This document shows, one piece after another, positions 7,691 through 18,519 of a stretch of 43,403 bases of DNA. The translations under genes were made by a program, and so were the position numbers. The DNA is taken from IMG/VR virus record IMGVR_UViG_3300020151_000894, positions 1 through 43,403 of that record. One strand, written 5' to 3'. The notes under the pieces were generated by a model. The model did no database searches. It was not told the DNA's origin and was given only the letters and a program-made list of their open reading frames with translations. The DNA is from a virus. Its lineage: Duplodnaviria; Caudoviricetes. The stretch's first letter is position 1. Every line of letters begins with the position of its first letter.

Positions 7691-10600
7691 TTATAAAGAA
7701 CCACTTATTTGTGCTTCTAATCTTTCTACTTTTTGTGATAATTCTTGCAAAGCTTTCCAAAGTACGAATACTAATTCTCCTTTAGCAATACCAGAAGTCA
7801 TCCATAGTTTATCTCCTTCTGGATTATCAGGGTTATCAAACCAATCATAATCCACAAATTCTTCCAAGCCAGCACCTTCTAATTCTTCTGCAATAACTCC
7901 TATTTGTTGAGGTCTATGTTCTTTCTCCGCATCTACTTTCCAATAGAAACTTCGTATAGGAGTATTATTTACAGCTTCCAATAACGATGGGTGTGTCCAA
8001 TTTTGAATATCTTCTTTATATCTTCTTGCTGATGTATTTCTACCCAACTTCCATTGAGATAGAGAAAATTCCATATCTCTAATAGTACCACCCAAATCAC
8101 CCGAACCAGGAATGTTTACCATTTGAACAGTAGGTCTTAGAGTTCCACCAACGTTATGAGTAGTACATGCACCACCATTTGCACCGGGATTCCAAGACAA
8201 AGTACCAGTACCCATTTCAATATTATTACCATTCATAGCAATTTTACCAGTACTAGCTGCTATATTAATAGCAGTACCAGTAGTAGTTCCGGATAATTGA
8301 ATCAATGTGTTTGCTGTATCTCCTGCAAGTGATATAAATCCTTTTCCATCTATAATTGGAATAGATGCCGAATCCTCCCTTCTTAATTTGATAAATCTAT
8401 TAACAGAACTTGCAATCTGAATTCCTTTATTAGTTAATTCAACAATATCGACATTCGCTGCTGCACTTATTGGATTTGGTGTTACCATATATGCACCTAT
8501 CTCAAATTGAGGAGTACCATATCCACCACCATAACCAACATCGTATTGATACCCATCTGCTGCTATGAATGTTTTAAAAGTATATGATGTTGAACCTGCT
8601 TCAGGTGCACTAAATTGGAAATTTCCACTATATCCAGAAAAACTTGCATAACTTTCATCAACACCACCATTCCAATACGCACTATTTAGTATTACTTCCT
8701 GTACTAAAGTTGCTCCATTATAAATTCGATATCCCCAATATACACTTACACTACCTTGACGATTAAATGCGGATATTACCGAACCTTGACCCGGCCAAGA
8801 TACAGATGCATCGATATAAGTACCGGCTGTTACCGAAAAGGATTGTCCACTACTTTCTGAATCAATATTAATATAAGTTGAAGCCGCAAAAGATTGAAAG
8901 TACGATAACGTTTCAGAGGAAAGGGTGATACCAGAACCAGCCAAATCAGTTAATTCTCCAAAATTCACTTTTAGTTTAGTAGTACCACTTTCTTTAATTG
9001 CAATACCGGGAAGTGATGGGTCAAGGAAAATTCTACTATTAACATCTCTAAGAATATTATTTTCAACAGTCCAACTACCAATAGAACCACCACTAGCATT
9101 AATTACACCAGATATACTTGCATTTGATACGATTAATCCGCTAGGTCCCAATTCAAACCCATATCCAATTAAACTACCAGTTCCATTTGTGGATGTCATT
9201 GAAATTGCCACAGCTCCAGCACCAACACTTACAGTATCAGTAAATGTACCAGTTGCTGCACTTATATCTCCTTTAAAAGCTGCATTTCCTGCAGAATCTA
9301 CTTTAAACCCTTGAGTTTTTATTGTACTACCTGCCAAATCTATAAATGTACCAGCGGATGAATATCCACCAGTTCCATCAACAAAGTTTGTAGATTGAAT
9401 AGCCGTACCTGCAAACATATTTGCTACAATTACACCAGGTCCAATAAATGTGGTTGCATTTCCACTATTAATAGAACTAATAGCCGCCATTGCTCCTAAT
9501 GAACCACTTAATGCATTTACAGCTACTGCCGTATTTGCTGCTGCTATTTGAGTTGCCGTAAATGAACCAGATGCAACCGAACCACTTACTGCTTGGGATG
9601 TTGCTGCGTTACCACCTGTTACAGTTATATCGCCAGCTATTTCTAATCCACTACCATTCCATCTAAGGTATCTATCACCTCCTGTATTTTTAATAGAGAA
9701 TCTACCAGTAGTACCACTTGCTCCCTGCTCATAAATTCCTAAGAAAATACCAGGTCTATCATATCCAATTACACTACCACCAGGATTTAAAGAAGAACCG
9801 GCAGTACCAGATGTACCAATAGTTGCGTTTTGTCCGATAGCGATATATGGGTCGGTTCTACCTCCAGCAATTACAATATTTGCAAATGCACCAGTACCAT
9901 TTTTAGTACCAACATTAATTGTATTCTTAACATAAGATTCTTCAAATATTGCAATCTTAGCTGCCACAAAGAATTCTTCCTCACCTAAATATTCCCACCA
10001 AGCATTAGTACCATCAACAGTTGGTGCATGGTAATTAACTAATACACCATTGTTATCATAAGTTGCAGGTCCACTACCACTAATTGCTGCGTAATATTTT
10101 ACTGTGTCTTGCGTTGCTAAATAGGTAACCGCATCTCTACGATTGTTTGTTGTTTCAACTTGTCCAATATAATCAATTGTAGGTGCCCATTCACCTCTCA
10201 TTACAATACCAGGTCCTACTGCTCCTTCAAATTGAACTGATAGTGATTGTGTTTTATATATCGTTTGTCTACCTTCACAATTAATACCATAAACAATTTC
10301 AGCAGTTGGATTATTTTCAGGATCGGACCAAGCTGTAATACCTGGCATTGATGCTGGAGTTCCACTTAATAAACTACCTACTATTAAAGTACCATTGTTT
10401 AAAGTAATGTGTGATGATTTTGATGTAACTTCAACCGTACATTGATATTCGTATGATGAACTACCATAGGCATCGATTTGAGCTCCTGTAAATCCAGAAG
10501 GTTTATTTGTTAATTCATAATTTCCTCTATATGCTCTTATTATATTTGAGGTTGAACCTAATTCAAGCTCACCGGATACTCTATAAACCGCAGATGAATT

Positions 10601-13600
10601 TTCATTCTGCATCTTAACATCATACGGAGCGGGTTCGGTAAATTGAACTGCAAAAGATTGAGTTATGAATTGAGTTTGTCTAGTAAGAGGTCTACTTATA
10701 TTATCCGTTGCTACTTGATTTGAATACCCTTCAAAATCAACTTTATAAACAATTTCACCAGTTTTATTTATAGCCGGTTTATCCCAATAGGTTAAATCCG
10801 CCATAGCCGCAGGAGTTGTTGTTACTCTATTGCTTGGTAAAGTAATCCAAGGAGATTTATAAAATATAGATGCAGATGAGTATCCTAATATACCAATTAA
10901 GTTATATAGATAATCATAATCAGTTGCTTGTGGTGCTGGGTAGTTTCCCGAAGTTACGTTTATTAATGGACTTGTACCTTTATATGTTGGTAACTTTATG
11001 GCAGTTCCGTTTAAATCAGTATCAAATAGTTCTGCTTTTATTGATGTACTTTCATTGGTTGCTGATATTTTGTATGCATCTGCTCCAGCTTTAATACCAG
11101 CAATTGTAAGTTGCCCCTCCGCTCTATATGGATTTAATACAGATGATGTATAAGGGTTTCCATCGGTAATTTTAACTTTCCAAGTTTTATTTTCTTCAGG
11201 TCCTGCGGCATCCGTACCAGGTATAAAAAATACCTTTTCAGTTATACCAACTCCTTCGTAATATGGTCCATCATAAAGAGTTTCAGCTCCATCAGTATCA
11301 ACAAAGAATAAACTAAACCATGCAGAACCAGTTGTGTTAAATGCAGTTGCTTTAAGTTCAACATCACCTTCAGGAGAAACTCTATATCCATCTCTATCAT
11401 AATTTATAGTGTATGGATTTGCTTTTAATTCTACTGTTCTAGCATTTGGTACTGATACATTCTTTGTAAATGTTTGTGTACGAGTAAAAACAGATGATGT
11501 ATATTCATGTCCACTTCCCAATGCAAATGGATATACTTGAATTGTATAAAGTGCACTTGCCGAAATGTATGGATAATCAAATCTATTAAATGATGCAGTT
11601 GCTGATAATGTTCCCAAATTATTTGGCACAGTATTCAATGATGCAGTTCTTATATTCCATATAGAACCACCTCTAGTTTCAATTGAATTTATTTTCCAAG
11701 TACCAGGATGTTGAGATGATGTATATATTAAAAAATCATCACCTTCTTTTACCTGTAACGTTGTATTTGTAGGAGAGTATCCTACCGGAGCTACATACCC
11801 AACTTCGTTTGCTGTTAATGTTACGTTTGGTGGGGTTATTAAGATTTGAATTGGTGGGGGCCCTTCCAATACTTTTGTATATGGTTGAACGACACTAGCA
11901 GTATAAACCGATGATGTATAATATGGTCGAATTTCCAATGGATAGGTAATACTACCACTTAAATTAATAAATCCAGAAGATGCACTTATTATCAACGATT
12001 CAGTATATGCATTATCAAAATAAACTAAGCCACCAGTTACATTTGATGAAAATATAGAAGCTGTTGCTATATGGAATGTACCGGGCTTTCTACTTCCAGT
12101 AAATGCCAAATATCTAGAACCTTGCTTTAATTTAATATCAGTTACCGTTGGTTTATAATCATTAACAATACCTCTTGAATTTGCTGCTAATGTTACTGCC
12201 GCCGGATTTACTTCAAATATAATACTTTCATCACCAGGTTTTCCTTCCGGTATTATTGTAAATAGTTTATCAACCGATACCGATGCAGAAGTCCAAGGTT
12301 CAGTATAAACAAAGCTTGTTATTAATTGTTTACTTTGAGATACAGCCAATCCTAATGGATAAGTTGCTGCGTTTCCTCTTGATGGTATTATATTTCCAAA
12401 TTCATCATAAGCAACAACACTTATATTTGGGTCACAACTATGAGTTACATATTGAACCCAATATTCAGGAACAAAATCTTCATTAATTGACATCGATGGA
12501 TATACCTCAAATGAACAACTTAATGGTGAATCAAATTGGCCTCTTTTAAAAAATGATGCAGTAGCTGATGCAAATATTGGAGTAAATTTTGTTTGAGTTC
12601 TTGGATTTATTGTAAATGTATCCGCATCATATAAAACAATACCAGCATCCAAACCATCTTGTAAATCGGTAAGAGTTATTGCAGTTAAAATAGATGCTGA
12701 TGGATTTGATTGTGATACTGGAATCATATACAATGTTCTCTGTCCATCGATAGAATCTCTATTGAATATTGCATTATAATCTATAATACCAGACCCAGTA
12801 ATACCAGGTTTCAATCCTTTAACCCATCCACTACCACTAGCTTCACTAAGAGTAATATACCTTGAACCGGATTGAACGTGTAATTTTATATTAGAACGTC
12901 CGGCCGGTAATCCATTTCTTAAATTTATTTCATTAACACCATCAATACGAATAGCTTGAACTTCTAAAGATGAAGCAGAATCGGAGTTTCTAATTACAGT
13001 TCCATTGTAAGGTCTAATTTCGTAATTTACACCACCCTTACCATCTATAACTCTTGTGATAATAATAGTATCTTCAACACCCTCACACTCTGCGGTATAT
13101 TCTATAAATTGAACTAAAATTTCTTCTAAGCCGGGATCTCTAGAACCAGTAAAATTTTGTACAGTTAAATAAGGTTTATCGGTATTTAAATCATTTAATA
13201 AACCAGGAAATTTCCACGAAGTAAATGGTGGTGATATTAAAGAACTACTTAATGGAGTTGTAGCCCAATATGAAGTATCATACATTGAAGATGATAATTC
13301 AGTATTAAAAAAATCAAATGAACGAGATGTAAATGTAACCGAACCCGTTAAAAAGTTTTTAACAACATCTATAAAAATAACATTTGGTGGTACAGGATTT
13401 CCATTACCAGAACCAGAATCAAATTGAAAATACAAAGATGATGGAATTAATTCCAAGCTTTTGTTAATACGATTTAAGTTACCACCATCAAATGTTTTTG
13501 ATTCTTCAACAACAACAGGTATATAATTGTTGTTTATATCATAAAATTGAAATAAGAAATCAAATGTTTCTTTTGGTAATGTTCTTGGAACTGGTTGTAT

Positions 13601-15118
13601 AAAGGATATTTCATTTGGAGAAAAAGAACTCTCTTGAGATGCTCTTAAACTTATATCTGATATGTACCAATCATTTCCTTTTACATCAAAATATAATTTA
13701 GCATTATTAAATTGTTCTCCTTTAAAATTAGCTGTTATTTGTGATTTTTGTAAAAGAGAATTATCTTCTGTTACAGTTAATATATTTTGTTGAACACCTA
13801 CATTAGTGGTTGTGTTTCCAAATGTAGATTGCCTAGAACCACTTATATAAACTGATACATAATCCGCTGTTGATATTGTTTGATTTCCCAATCTTACATT
13901 AAATGTAAGTGTGTATTCCGTATTTTCGGTTATTTGTAGGGATTTTGATGTAAAGAATTTATTAACACCATTACTATCTAATTTAACAGAATTATATAAA
14001 TAATTTTGATTAAACGCTGTTGTTAAATTGTTTGAAGATGTTACCCAATAATTTTTAAAATTAAATGGGTCAAATATACCATAGAATTCTTCATTTTTAG
14101 TTGTTGATTCTAAATCCTTTAACAACTCATTTGATTCTAATTGAATTTCTTGTATGAATTGATAATCGGCTAAATCAGATTGAGATTTTCTAAATATCTT
14201 TACTCTAGCAACATCACCCACAAATGTAGTTAAATCAGTAATATTAATTTTAGCAAAAGAACCAGTTAAAGCTGTTTTTAAATTATCAATACCCTCCACA
14301 TAATTAAAAGATGCTGTATATCTTTGATTTGAAAAATCTTGCACAATACCATTTATCGTATATGGATTTGTTACAGTTAAATCAGTTTTACTTATTACAT
14401 CATCTGCCAGAGCTATGAATCCCAAATCAGTAAATTCAATGGTAGTTCCAACAACAGAACCAGTCCATGCTCCACCATCATTTATTTGAATTAAATAATT
14501 TGTTGGTAGTGTATAATCCGTAAGTTTTTCACCTTGACCAGGTGTTTGTGCAAATCCATCTACAAAACCTTTCTGAATTATTGGGGTTACTACATTTGAA
14601 AATATTGGTTTTACTATCTCATCAATTGTAACTTCCGGTCTTCTATAAAATCTTACTTTATCTTCGTTTGAAAGTAATCTATTTACTTTAAACTCTTTTT
14701 CCCATTTAAGATTATATACATTTTTCCATTCTTCAGGTATTTGTTGTAAAACACCACCTTCATCTAAATAAGTTTTTAATTCACCTAGTATTGTTATCTT
14801 TGCAGTACCAATTGGTGTATCTTCATATACATAAACAGCAACTAATTTAGATGTACCTTCATAATATTCAGGTACACCATTACCTGGCTCGTAATATATA
14901 GGATTTCCATTTACATCTAGTATTTGAATCTTTATTTCAGTTGATTCCATTAAATGTTCAGACCCTTCAATCAAAAACCCATTTTTACCTCCAGTAAATG
15001 TATCTTTAAATTCAGTTACCTTAAAGTAAGTTGAATTTGGATTAGTATCTACTAAAAATGTTTGAAATGTAGTTAGATTTTGAGTGAGGTTTTCCGCAAA
15101 TTTCTTTATTACTGCCAT
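7691..15118 (-). CDS. Giant tail fibre / receptor-binding protein (2475 aa) with repeated beta-rich modules and C-terminal Peptidase_S74 intramolecular chaperone
   Basis: C-terminal SARRYKEDI...IGVIAEEL...LWKALQELSQKVERLE (S74 chaperone); GPGIVMRGEW and EFFVAAKIAIFEESYV resemble tail-protein motifs; Gly/Ser/Thr-rich beta repeats. Confidence 0.8.
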   Translation of the reverse strand: MAVIKKFAENLTQNLTTFQTFLVDTNPNSTYFKVTEFKDTFTGGKNGFLIEGSEHLMESTEIKIQILDVNGNPIYYEPGNGVPEYYEGTSKLVAVYVYEDTPIGTAKITILGELKTYLDEGGVLQQIPEEWKNVYNLKWEKEFKVNRLLSNEDKVRFYRRPEVTIDEIVKPIFSNVVTPIIQKGFVDGFAQTPGQGEKLTDYTLPTNYLIQINDGGAWTGSVVGTTIEFTDLGFIALADDVISKTDLTVTNPYTINGIVQDFSNQRYTASFNYVEGIDNLKTALTGSFAKINITDLTTFVGDVARVKIFRKSQSDLADYQFIQEIQLESNELLKDLESTTKNEEFYGIFDPFNFKNYWVTSSNNLTTAFNQNYLYNSVKLDSNGVNKFFTSKSLQITENTEYTLTFNVRLGNQTISTADYVSVYISGSRQSTFGNTTTNVGVQQNILTVTEDNSLLQKSQITANFKGEQFNNAKLYFDVKGNDWYISDISLRASQESSFSPNEISFIQPVPRTLPKETFDFLFQFYDINNNYIPVVVEESKTFDGGNLNRINKSLELIPSSLYFQFDSGSGNGNPVPPNVIFIDVVKNFLTGSVTFTSRSFDFFNTELSSSMYDTSYWATTPLSSSLISPPFTSWKFPGLLNDLNTDKPYLTVQNFTGSRDPGLEEILVQFIEYTAECEGVEDTIIITRVIDGKGGVNYEIRPYNGTVIRNSDSASSLEVQAIRIDGVNEINLRNGLPAGRSNIKLHVQSGSRYITLSEASGSGWVKGLKPGITGSGIIDYNAIFNRDSIDGQRTLYMIPVSQSNPSASILTAITLTDLQDGLDAGIVLYDADTFTINPRTQTKFTPIFASATASFFKRGQFDSPLSCSFEVYPSMSINEDFVPEYWVQYVTHSCDPNISVVAYDEFGNIIPSRGNAATYPLGLAVSQSKQLITSFVYTEPWTSASVSVDKLFTIIPEGKPGDESIIFEVNPAAVTLAANSRGIVNDYKPTVTDIKLKQGSRYLAFTGSRKPGTFHIATASIFSSNVTGGLVYFDNAYTESLIISASSGFINLSGSITYPLEIRPYYTSSVYTASVVQPYTKVLEGPPPIQILITPPNVTLTANEVGYVAPVGYSPTNTTLQVKEGDDFLIYTSSQHPGTWKINSIETRGGSIWNIRTASLNTVPNNLGTLSATASFNRFDYPYISASALYTIQVYPFALGSGHEYTSSVFTRTQTFTKNVSVPNARTVELKANPYTINYDRDGYRVSPEGDVELKATAFNTTGSAWFSLFFVDTDGAETLYDGPYYEGVGITEKVFFIPGTDAAGPEENKTWKVKITDGNPYTSSVLNPYRAEGQLTIAGIKAGADAYKISATNESTSIKAELFDTDLNGTAIKLPTYKGTSPLINVTSGNYPAPQATDYDYLYNLIGILGYSSASIFYKSPWITLPSNRVTTTPAAMADLTYWDKPAINKTGEIVYKVDFEGYSNQVATDNISRPLTRQTQFITQSFAVQFTEPAPYDVKMQNENSSAVYRVSGELELGSTSNIIRAYRGNYELTNKPSGFTGAQIDAYGSSSYEYQCTVEVTSKSSHITLNNGTLIVGSLLSGTPASMPGITAWSDPENNPTAEIVYGINCEGRQTIYKTQSLSVQFEGAVGPGIVMRGEWAPTIDYIGQVETTNNRRDAVTYLATQDTVKYYAAISGSGPATYDNNGVLVNYHAPTVDGTNAWWEYLGEEEFFVAAKIAIFEESYVKNTINVGTKNGTGAFANIVIAGGRTDPYIAIGQNATIGTSGTAGSSLNPGGSVIGYDRPGIFLGIYEQGASGTTGRFSIKNTGGDRYLRWNGSGLEIAGDITVTGGNAATSQAVSGSVASGSFTATQIAAANTAVAVNALSGSLGAMAAISSINSGNATTFIGPGVIVANMFAGTAIQSTNFVDGTGGYSSAGTFIDLAGSTIKTQGFKVDSAGNAAFKGDISAATGTFTDTVSVGAGAVAISMTSTNGTGSLIGYGFELGPSGLIVSNASISGVINASGGSIGSWTVENNILRDVNSRIFLDPSLPGIAIKESGTTKLKVNFGELTDLAGSGITLSSETLSYFQSFAASTYINIDSESSGQSFSVTAGTYIDASVSWPGQGSVISAFNRQGSVSVYWGYRIYNGATLVQEVILNSAYWNGGVDESYASFSGYSGNFQFSAPEAGSTSYTFKTFIAADGYQYDVGYGGGYGTPQFEIGAYMVTPNPISAAANVDIVELTNKGIQIASSVNRFIKLRREDSASIPIIDGKGFISLAGDTANTLIQLSGTTTGTAINIAASTGKIAMNGNNIEMGTGTLSWNPGANGGACTTHNVGGTLRPTVQMVNIPGSGDLGGTIRDMEFSLSQWKLGRNTSARRYKEDIQNWTHPSLLEAVNNTPIRSFYWKVDAEKEHRPQQIGVIAEELEGAGLEEFVDYDWFDNPDNPEGDKLWMTSGIAKGELVFVLWKALQELSQKVERLEAQISGSL

Positions 15119-15139
15119 AGTGTGCTTATATTATTCTAT

Positions 15140-15148
15140 AATAAATAT
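15140..15148 (-). promoter_or_regulatory. Putative late promoter ATATTTATT
   Basis: Recurring motif upstream of the tail fibre gene. Confidence 0.6.
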
Positions 15149-15177
15149 TTACTTAAATTTTTTATGTTTATAATTAT

Positions 15178-15207
15178 ATTAGAATTCTAAAGAAAACTAA
15201 AGAAACG
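15178..15207 (+). repeat. Three imperfect direct repeats at 10-bp period (attagaattc/taaagaaaac/taaagaaacg), putative RHH operator
   Basis: Directly upstream of RHH ATG 15210 and downstream of ATAATTATA (15170-15178). Confidence 0.4.
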
Positions 15208-15209
15208 TT

Positions 15210-15383
15210 ATGAAAAAATACGCAATGATACAAATTGATGCCGATGTACATCAATTATTAAAGGAATTTTGTAAAGAGAAAGGATATAAAATAAGCGGGT
15301 TAATTGAAACCCTAGTAAAAGAAAAAGTGGAGTCCTCAAAGAAGACCCCACTTAAAAATGTGTTACCTGTTACTAAAAATTAA
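15210..15383 (+). CDS. Ribbon-helix-helix (CopG/Arc-like) DNA-binding protein, 57 aa
   Basis: Not in ORF track; MKKYAMIQIDADVHQLLKEFCKEKGYKISGLIETLVKEKV... has the alternating beta-strand, helix A, G-x-x-x-S turn and helix B pattern; fills the intergenic gap. Confidence 0.75.
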   Translation: MKKYAMIQIDADVHQLLKEFCKEKGYKISGLIETLVKEKVESSKKTPLKNVLPVTKN

Positions 15384-18300
15384 TCTTGCTGAATCCTTCT
15401 TCTTTTTTAATTTCAATAAGACCATCTACAATATCTCTCATTTGTTCTAAGTGAGAAATAACCCATATAAAATCAAATTGAGTTTTAAGATACTGCATCA
15501 TCATAAAGAGAGATGATAGGTTATCTGCATCCAATGTACCAAATCCTTCATCAATAACTAAGAAGTTTGGTCTAGGAAGGTTACAAATGTTAATTAGAGC
15601 CACTCTAATCGCTAATCCCGATATAAACTTCTCCATACCACTACACATCTCTAAAGACCATTCCTGGTCTTCGTAAACGATTCTAGCGTTAATGTTTTTA
15701 CCATCGGTATCCATAGAGATTGAGAAGTCCACCACTTGTCCTAATATGTTGTTCACTTCATTTTCAATTGCTGGCAGTGCCTTAGATATTAATTCGTATG
15801 GTACGCCATCTTTCTTAACTGCATCCAAATAGAATGTATATAATTGGTTTTTAGTTTCCAATTCCTTAACTTCTTCCATCTTAGCCTTCATATTATCTAT
15901 ATAGGTTTTTGTTGCACCTACATCTGACATTAATTTTAGCATTTCTTTATTAACATCGGTAATTTGTCTTTCCACACCTTGCTTTTCTCTACGAACGTTT
16001 TGGATTTGGATATCTAATGCCTGATTGTTTGTTATTGTTTCTTCATTATCATTATAACGTTGAATATCCGCTTTCACACTTTCTAATTGAAGTTGTAATA
16101 GTTCAATCTTACTATCAGATGTTTTAATATCACCTTCTAATCTATCTTTTACTATAATTAATCTTTTGTGTTCATCAGTCCATTCTTTCCATTGGCGGAA
16201 TTGTTCTTCAACACCATTCAAATCATTCAATTGAGTTATTAAAGCATCATGTAAAATGTTTAGAGTTTCTAATTGATTACCTTGTTGTTCTAATTTCTTT
16301 TCAGTTTCCTTTGCATCTTTTACGAATACATTGTTCATACAAAAGTTACAATTAGGGTCATATTCATGCTCTGCTAAATGTGATAACTTTTCTTTGTTAC
16401 TTTCAATTGATTGTTCTAATAATTGTTTTTGATGTAAGGTATCTTTAATCTGCCCTTTAACTAAATTTAGTTGGATTTGAGCATCTGAAATAACCGTTCC
16501 GTTTATAGTAACTTTGGAATCAATCATTTCCTTAGCTTCCCTAACCAATTCTTTCGTTTCGGTATGCTTTTCGGTTTTATCAAATTTAGTATCTCCCCAA
16601 GTTGTTAATTCACTTTCAATCTTTTTAACCTTACGATTTAATTCATCTATATCTAAATTACCTTGTATTGGAACTATTTGTTGTGATAAACCTACAATTT
16701 GTTCATCCAATTCACCCTTTCGGATTTCCAATTCAGATTTTTCTTTATCTAAATTACCATACTCAATTTTTTTCTCACTCAAGTCGGTTTCTTTTTGGGC
16801 TAGTTCCGAAGTGAAGTCGGTCCTTTTGAAATTTCTGATAAGTGCGTTCACATCCTTAATGTCATTGGTAGCAGTTTCATACAGCTTATCAAACATATCC
16901 AATCCCATAAATTGAGCAAGAAGGTCTTTCCTTTCGGATTGTGATTTATCAATGAATAGTGCATTGTTTCCTTGCAAACTCAATGCTGTCATAACGAAAT
17001 CCTCATATCTACCCACATAGGTTTCAATAACTTGGTTGGTATCCCTTCTCTCCGTTCCGTTTAGGGATTCCTTTCCACTATCACCATCTTTCCAAAACTC
17101 CACATCCACTTTTACGTTTCTTCCCTTATTGATTGTTCTACCTTCTCTACGGATATGGTACATTACACCATCAATAGTAAAATCTAATTGGCAATGGAAA
17201 TCTTGCTTCCTATTATTCATAATAGCAGATGCCTTATATGCTCTACTACATTTGTCAAACAGACAGAATGAGATTGCATCAAATAGAGATGATTTACCTT
17301 GTGCATTTGGTGCGAATAATCCCATTAATCCACCTACTTTGCTGAAATCTATTTTATTATTCTCACCATACGAAAACATATTCGAGAAGTCAAACCTAAC
17401 CGGCTTCCAGCTTATGTTTCTTTGCAATTCCGATGGTTGTACTCTACTATTAATGTCACGATTGATGTTTTCAATACCCAATAGGTCCTCTTTCGTTACG
17501 AATGGCATCATACGTTCGATATACTCCCCTATTAAAGAGTTTTGATGGTTTATATCAGCTACGTTATCAACATCGACTCTTGCTTCTCTATCACCTGTCT
17601 TTTTAGTTTGGAATGAATCAGTACGAATGATTGTAAAATCTTCCACACCATACTTTGCCGTAATATCTGCCATCATTCTCTTTGTATCGGCAGTATCGGT
17701 ATTTGTTATCCGTACTCTTAAACGAGGATGTTTTGGCATATCGTTTACATCAGGTACAATACCACCATCAACATCCAAAGTATAGTATCCATAATCGTTT
17801 TTTATATCGATTTCTTCGTAGGTCATTGTATCCAAATCCCAAGCTAAGAATCCGTGCTTATCTAATGTCTCACCGAAATTTTGTTGTACTAATGAACCAG
17901 CATATACAACCTTACAACCAGATGGTGAAATCATTTCTTGTCTTTTATGAATATCTCCTAATAGAGCTAAATCATATCCATCAAATATATCAGTTGTAAA
18001 ATGTCTACTACTAACTACATACCCCACATCGGTTGTAGAGTTATCAACAGGTCCGTGAAATAGTGCAATCTTCTTATTACCAAATAGGGTATTTGCTTTA
18101 GGCCAATTATCTTTGTTATCGAATATACTGAATACTGCAAAATCCACTCCACCTATTCCGTACACCTGCGTATCTCTTAAATAATGTAAATTGGGTAGCT
18201 TCAATGCATCTACAATTGGAGTAAGTACATCCATTCTATCCGCATTGTTCATATTACAATCGTGATTACCTGCAATTACAATAGTAGTACACAATTTGTT

Positions 18301-18519
18301 ACATTCGGTAAATAACCAGCTAATCTCACTCACCAATTCAGGACTCATTTCCAATTTAGCATGTGCTATATCACCAGCTAAATAAATAATAGCATCTTCC
18401 GTTCCTCTTTTTTTAATCTCATCAAACATAGAGTAAAATACTTCTCTAAACTCTTTGTGTCTTTTGATGTTACGGATGTGTATATCCGCAATGTGATAAA
18501 TCGTTTTTAATCTATTCAT
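15373..18519 (-). CDS. sbcC: Fused SbcD/Mre11 nuclease - SbcC/Rad50 ATPase (gp47/gp46-like recombination nuclease)
   Basis: Metallophosphoesterase motifs HIADIH, AGDI, GNHD, FHG, LGDIH; Walker A APNAQGKSS, coiled coil with CNFC zinc hook, signature CSGMEK, Walker B LVIDEGFGTLD, H-loop VISH. Confidence 0.93.
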   Translation of the reverse strand: MNRLKTIYHIADIHIRNIKRHKEFREVFYSMFDEIKKRGTEDAIIYLAGDIAHAKLEMSPELVSEISWLFTECNKLCTTIVIAGNHDCNMNNADRMDVLTPIVDALKLPNLHYLRDTQVYGIGGVDFAVFSIFDNKDNWPKANTLFGNKKIALFHGPVDNSTTDVGYVVSSRHFTTDIFDGYDLALLGDIHKRQEMISPSGCKVVYAGSLVQQNFGETLDKHGFLAWDLDTMTYEEIDIKNDYGYYTLDVDGGIVPDVNDMPKHPRLRVRITNTDTADTKRMMADITAKYGVEDFTIIRTDSFQTKKTGDREARVDVDNVADINHQNSLIGEYIERMMPFVTKEDLLGIENINRDINSRVQPSELQRNISWKPVRFDFSNMFSYGENNKIDFSKVGGLMGLFAPNAQGKSSLFDAISFCLFDKCSRAYKASAIMNNRKQDFHCQLDFTIDGVMYHIRREGRTINKGRNVKVDVEFWKDGDSGKESLNGTERRDTNQVIETYVGRYEDFVMTALSLQGNNALFIDKSQSERKDLLAQFMGLDMFDKLYETATNDIKDVNALIRNFKRTDFTSELAQKETDLSEKKIEYGNLDKEKSELEIRKGELDEQIVGLSQQIVPIQGNLDIDELNRKVKKIESELTTWGDTKFDKTEKHTETKELVREAKEMIDSKVTINGTVISDAQIQLNLVKGQIKDTLHQKQLLEQSIESNKEKLSHLAEHEYDPNCNFCMNNVFVKDAKETEKKLEQQGNQLETLNILHDALITQLNDLNGVEEQFRQWKEWTDEHKRLIIVKDRLEGDIKTSDSKIELLQLQLESVKADIQRYNDNEETITNNQALDIQIQNVRREKQGVERQITDVNKEMLKLMSDVGATKTYIDNMKAKMEEVKELETKNQLYTFYLDAVKKDGVPYELISKALPAIENEVNNILGQVVDFSISMDTDGKNINARIVYEDQEWSLEMCSGMEKFISGLAIRVALINICNLPRPNFLVIDEGFGTLDADNLSSLFMMMQYLKTQFDFIWVISHLEQMRDIVDGLIEIKKEEGFSKINF

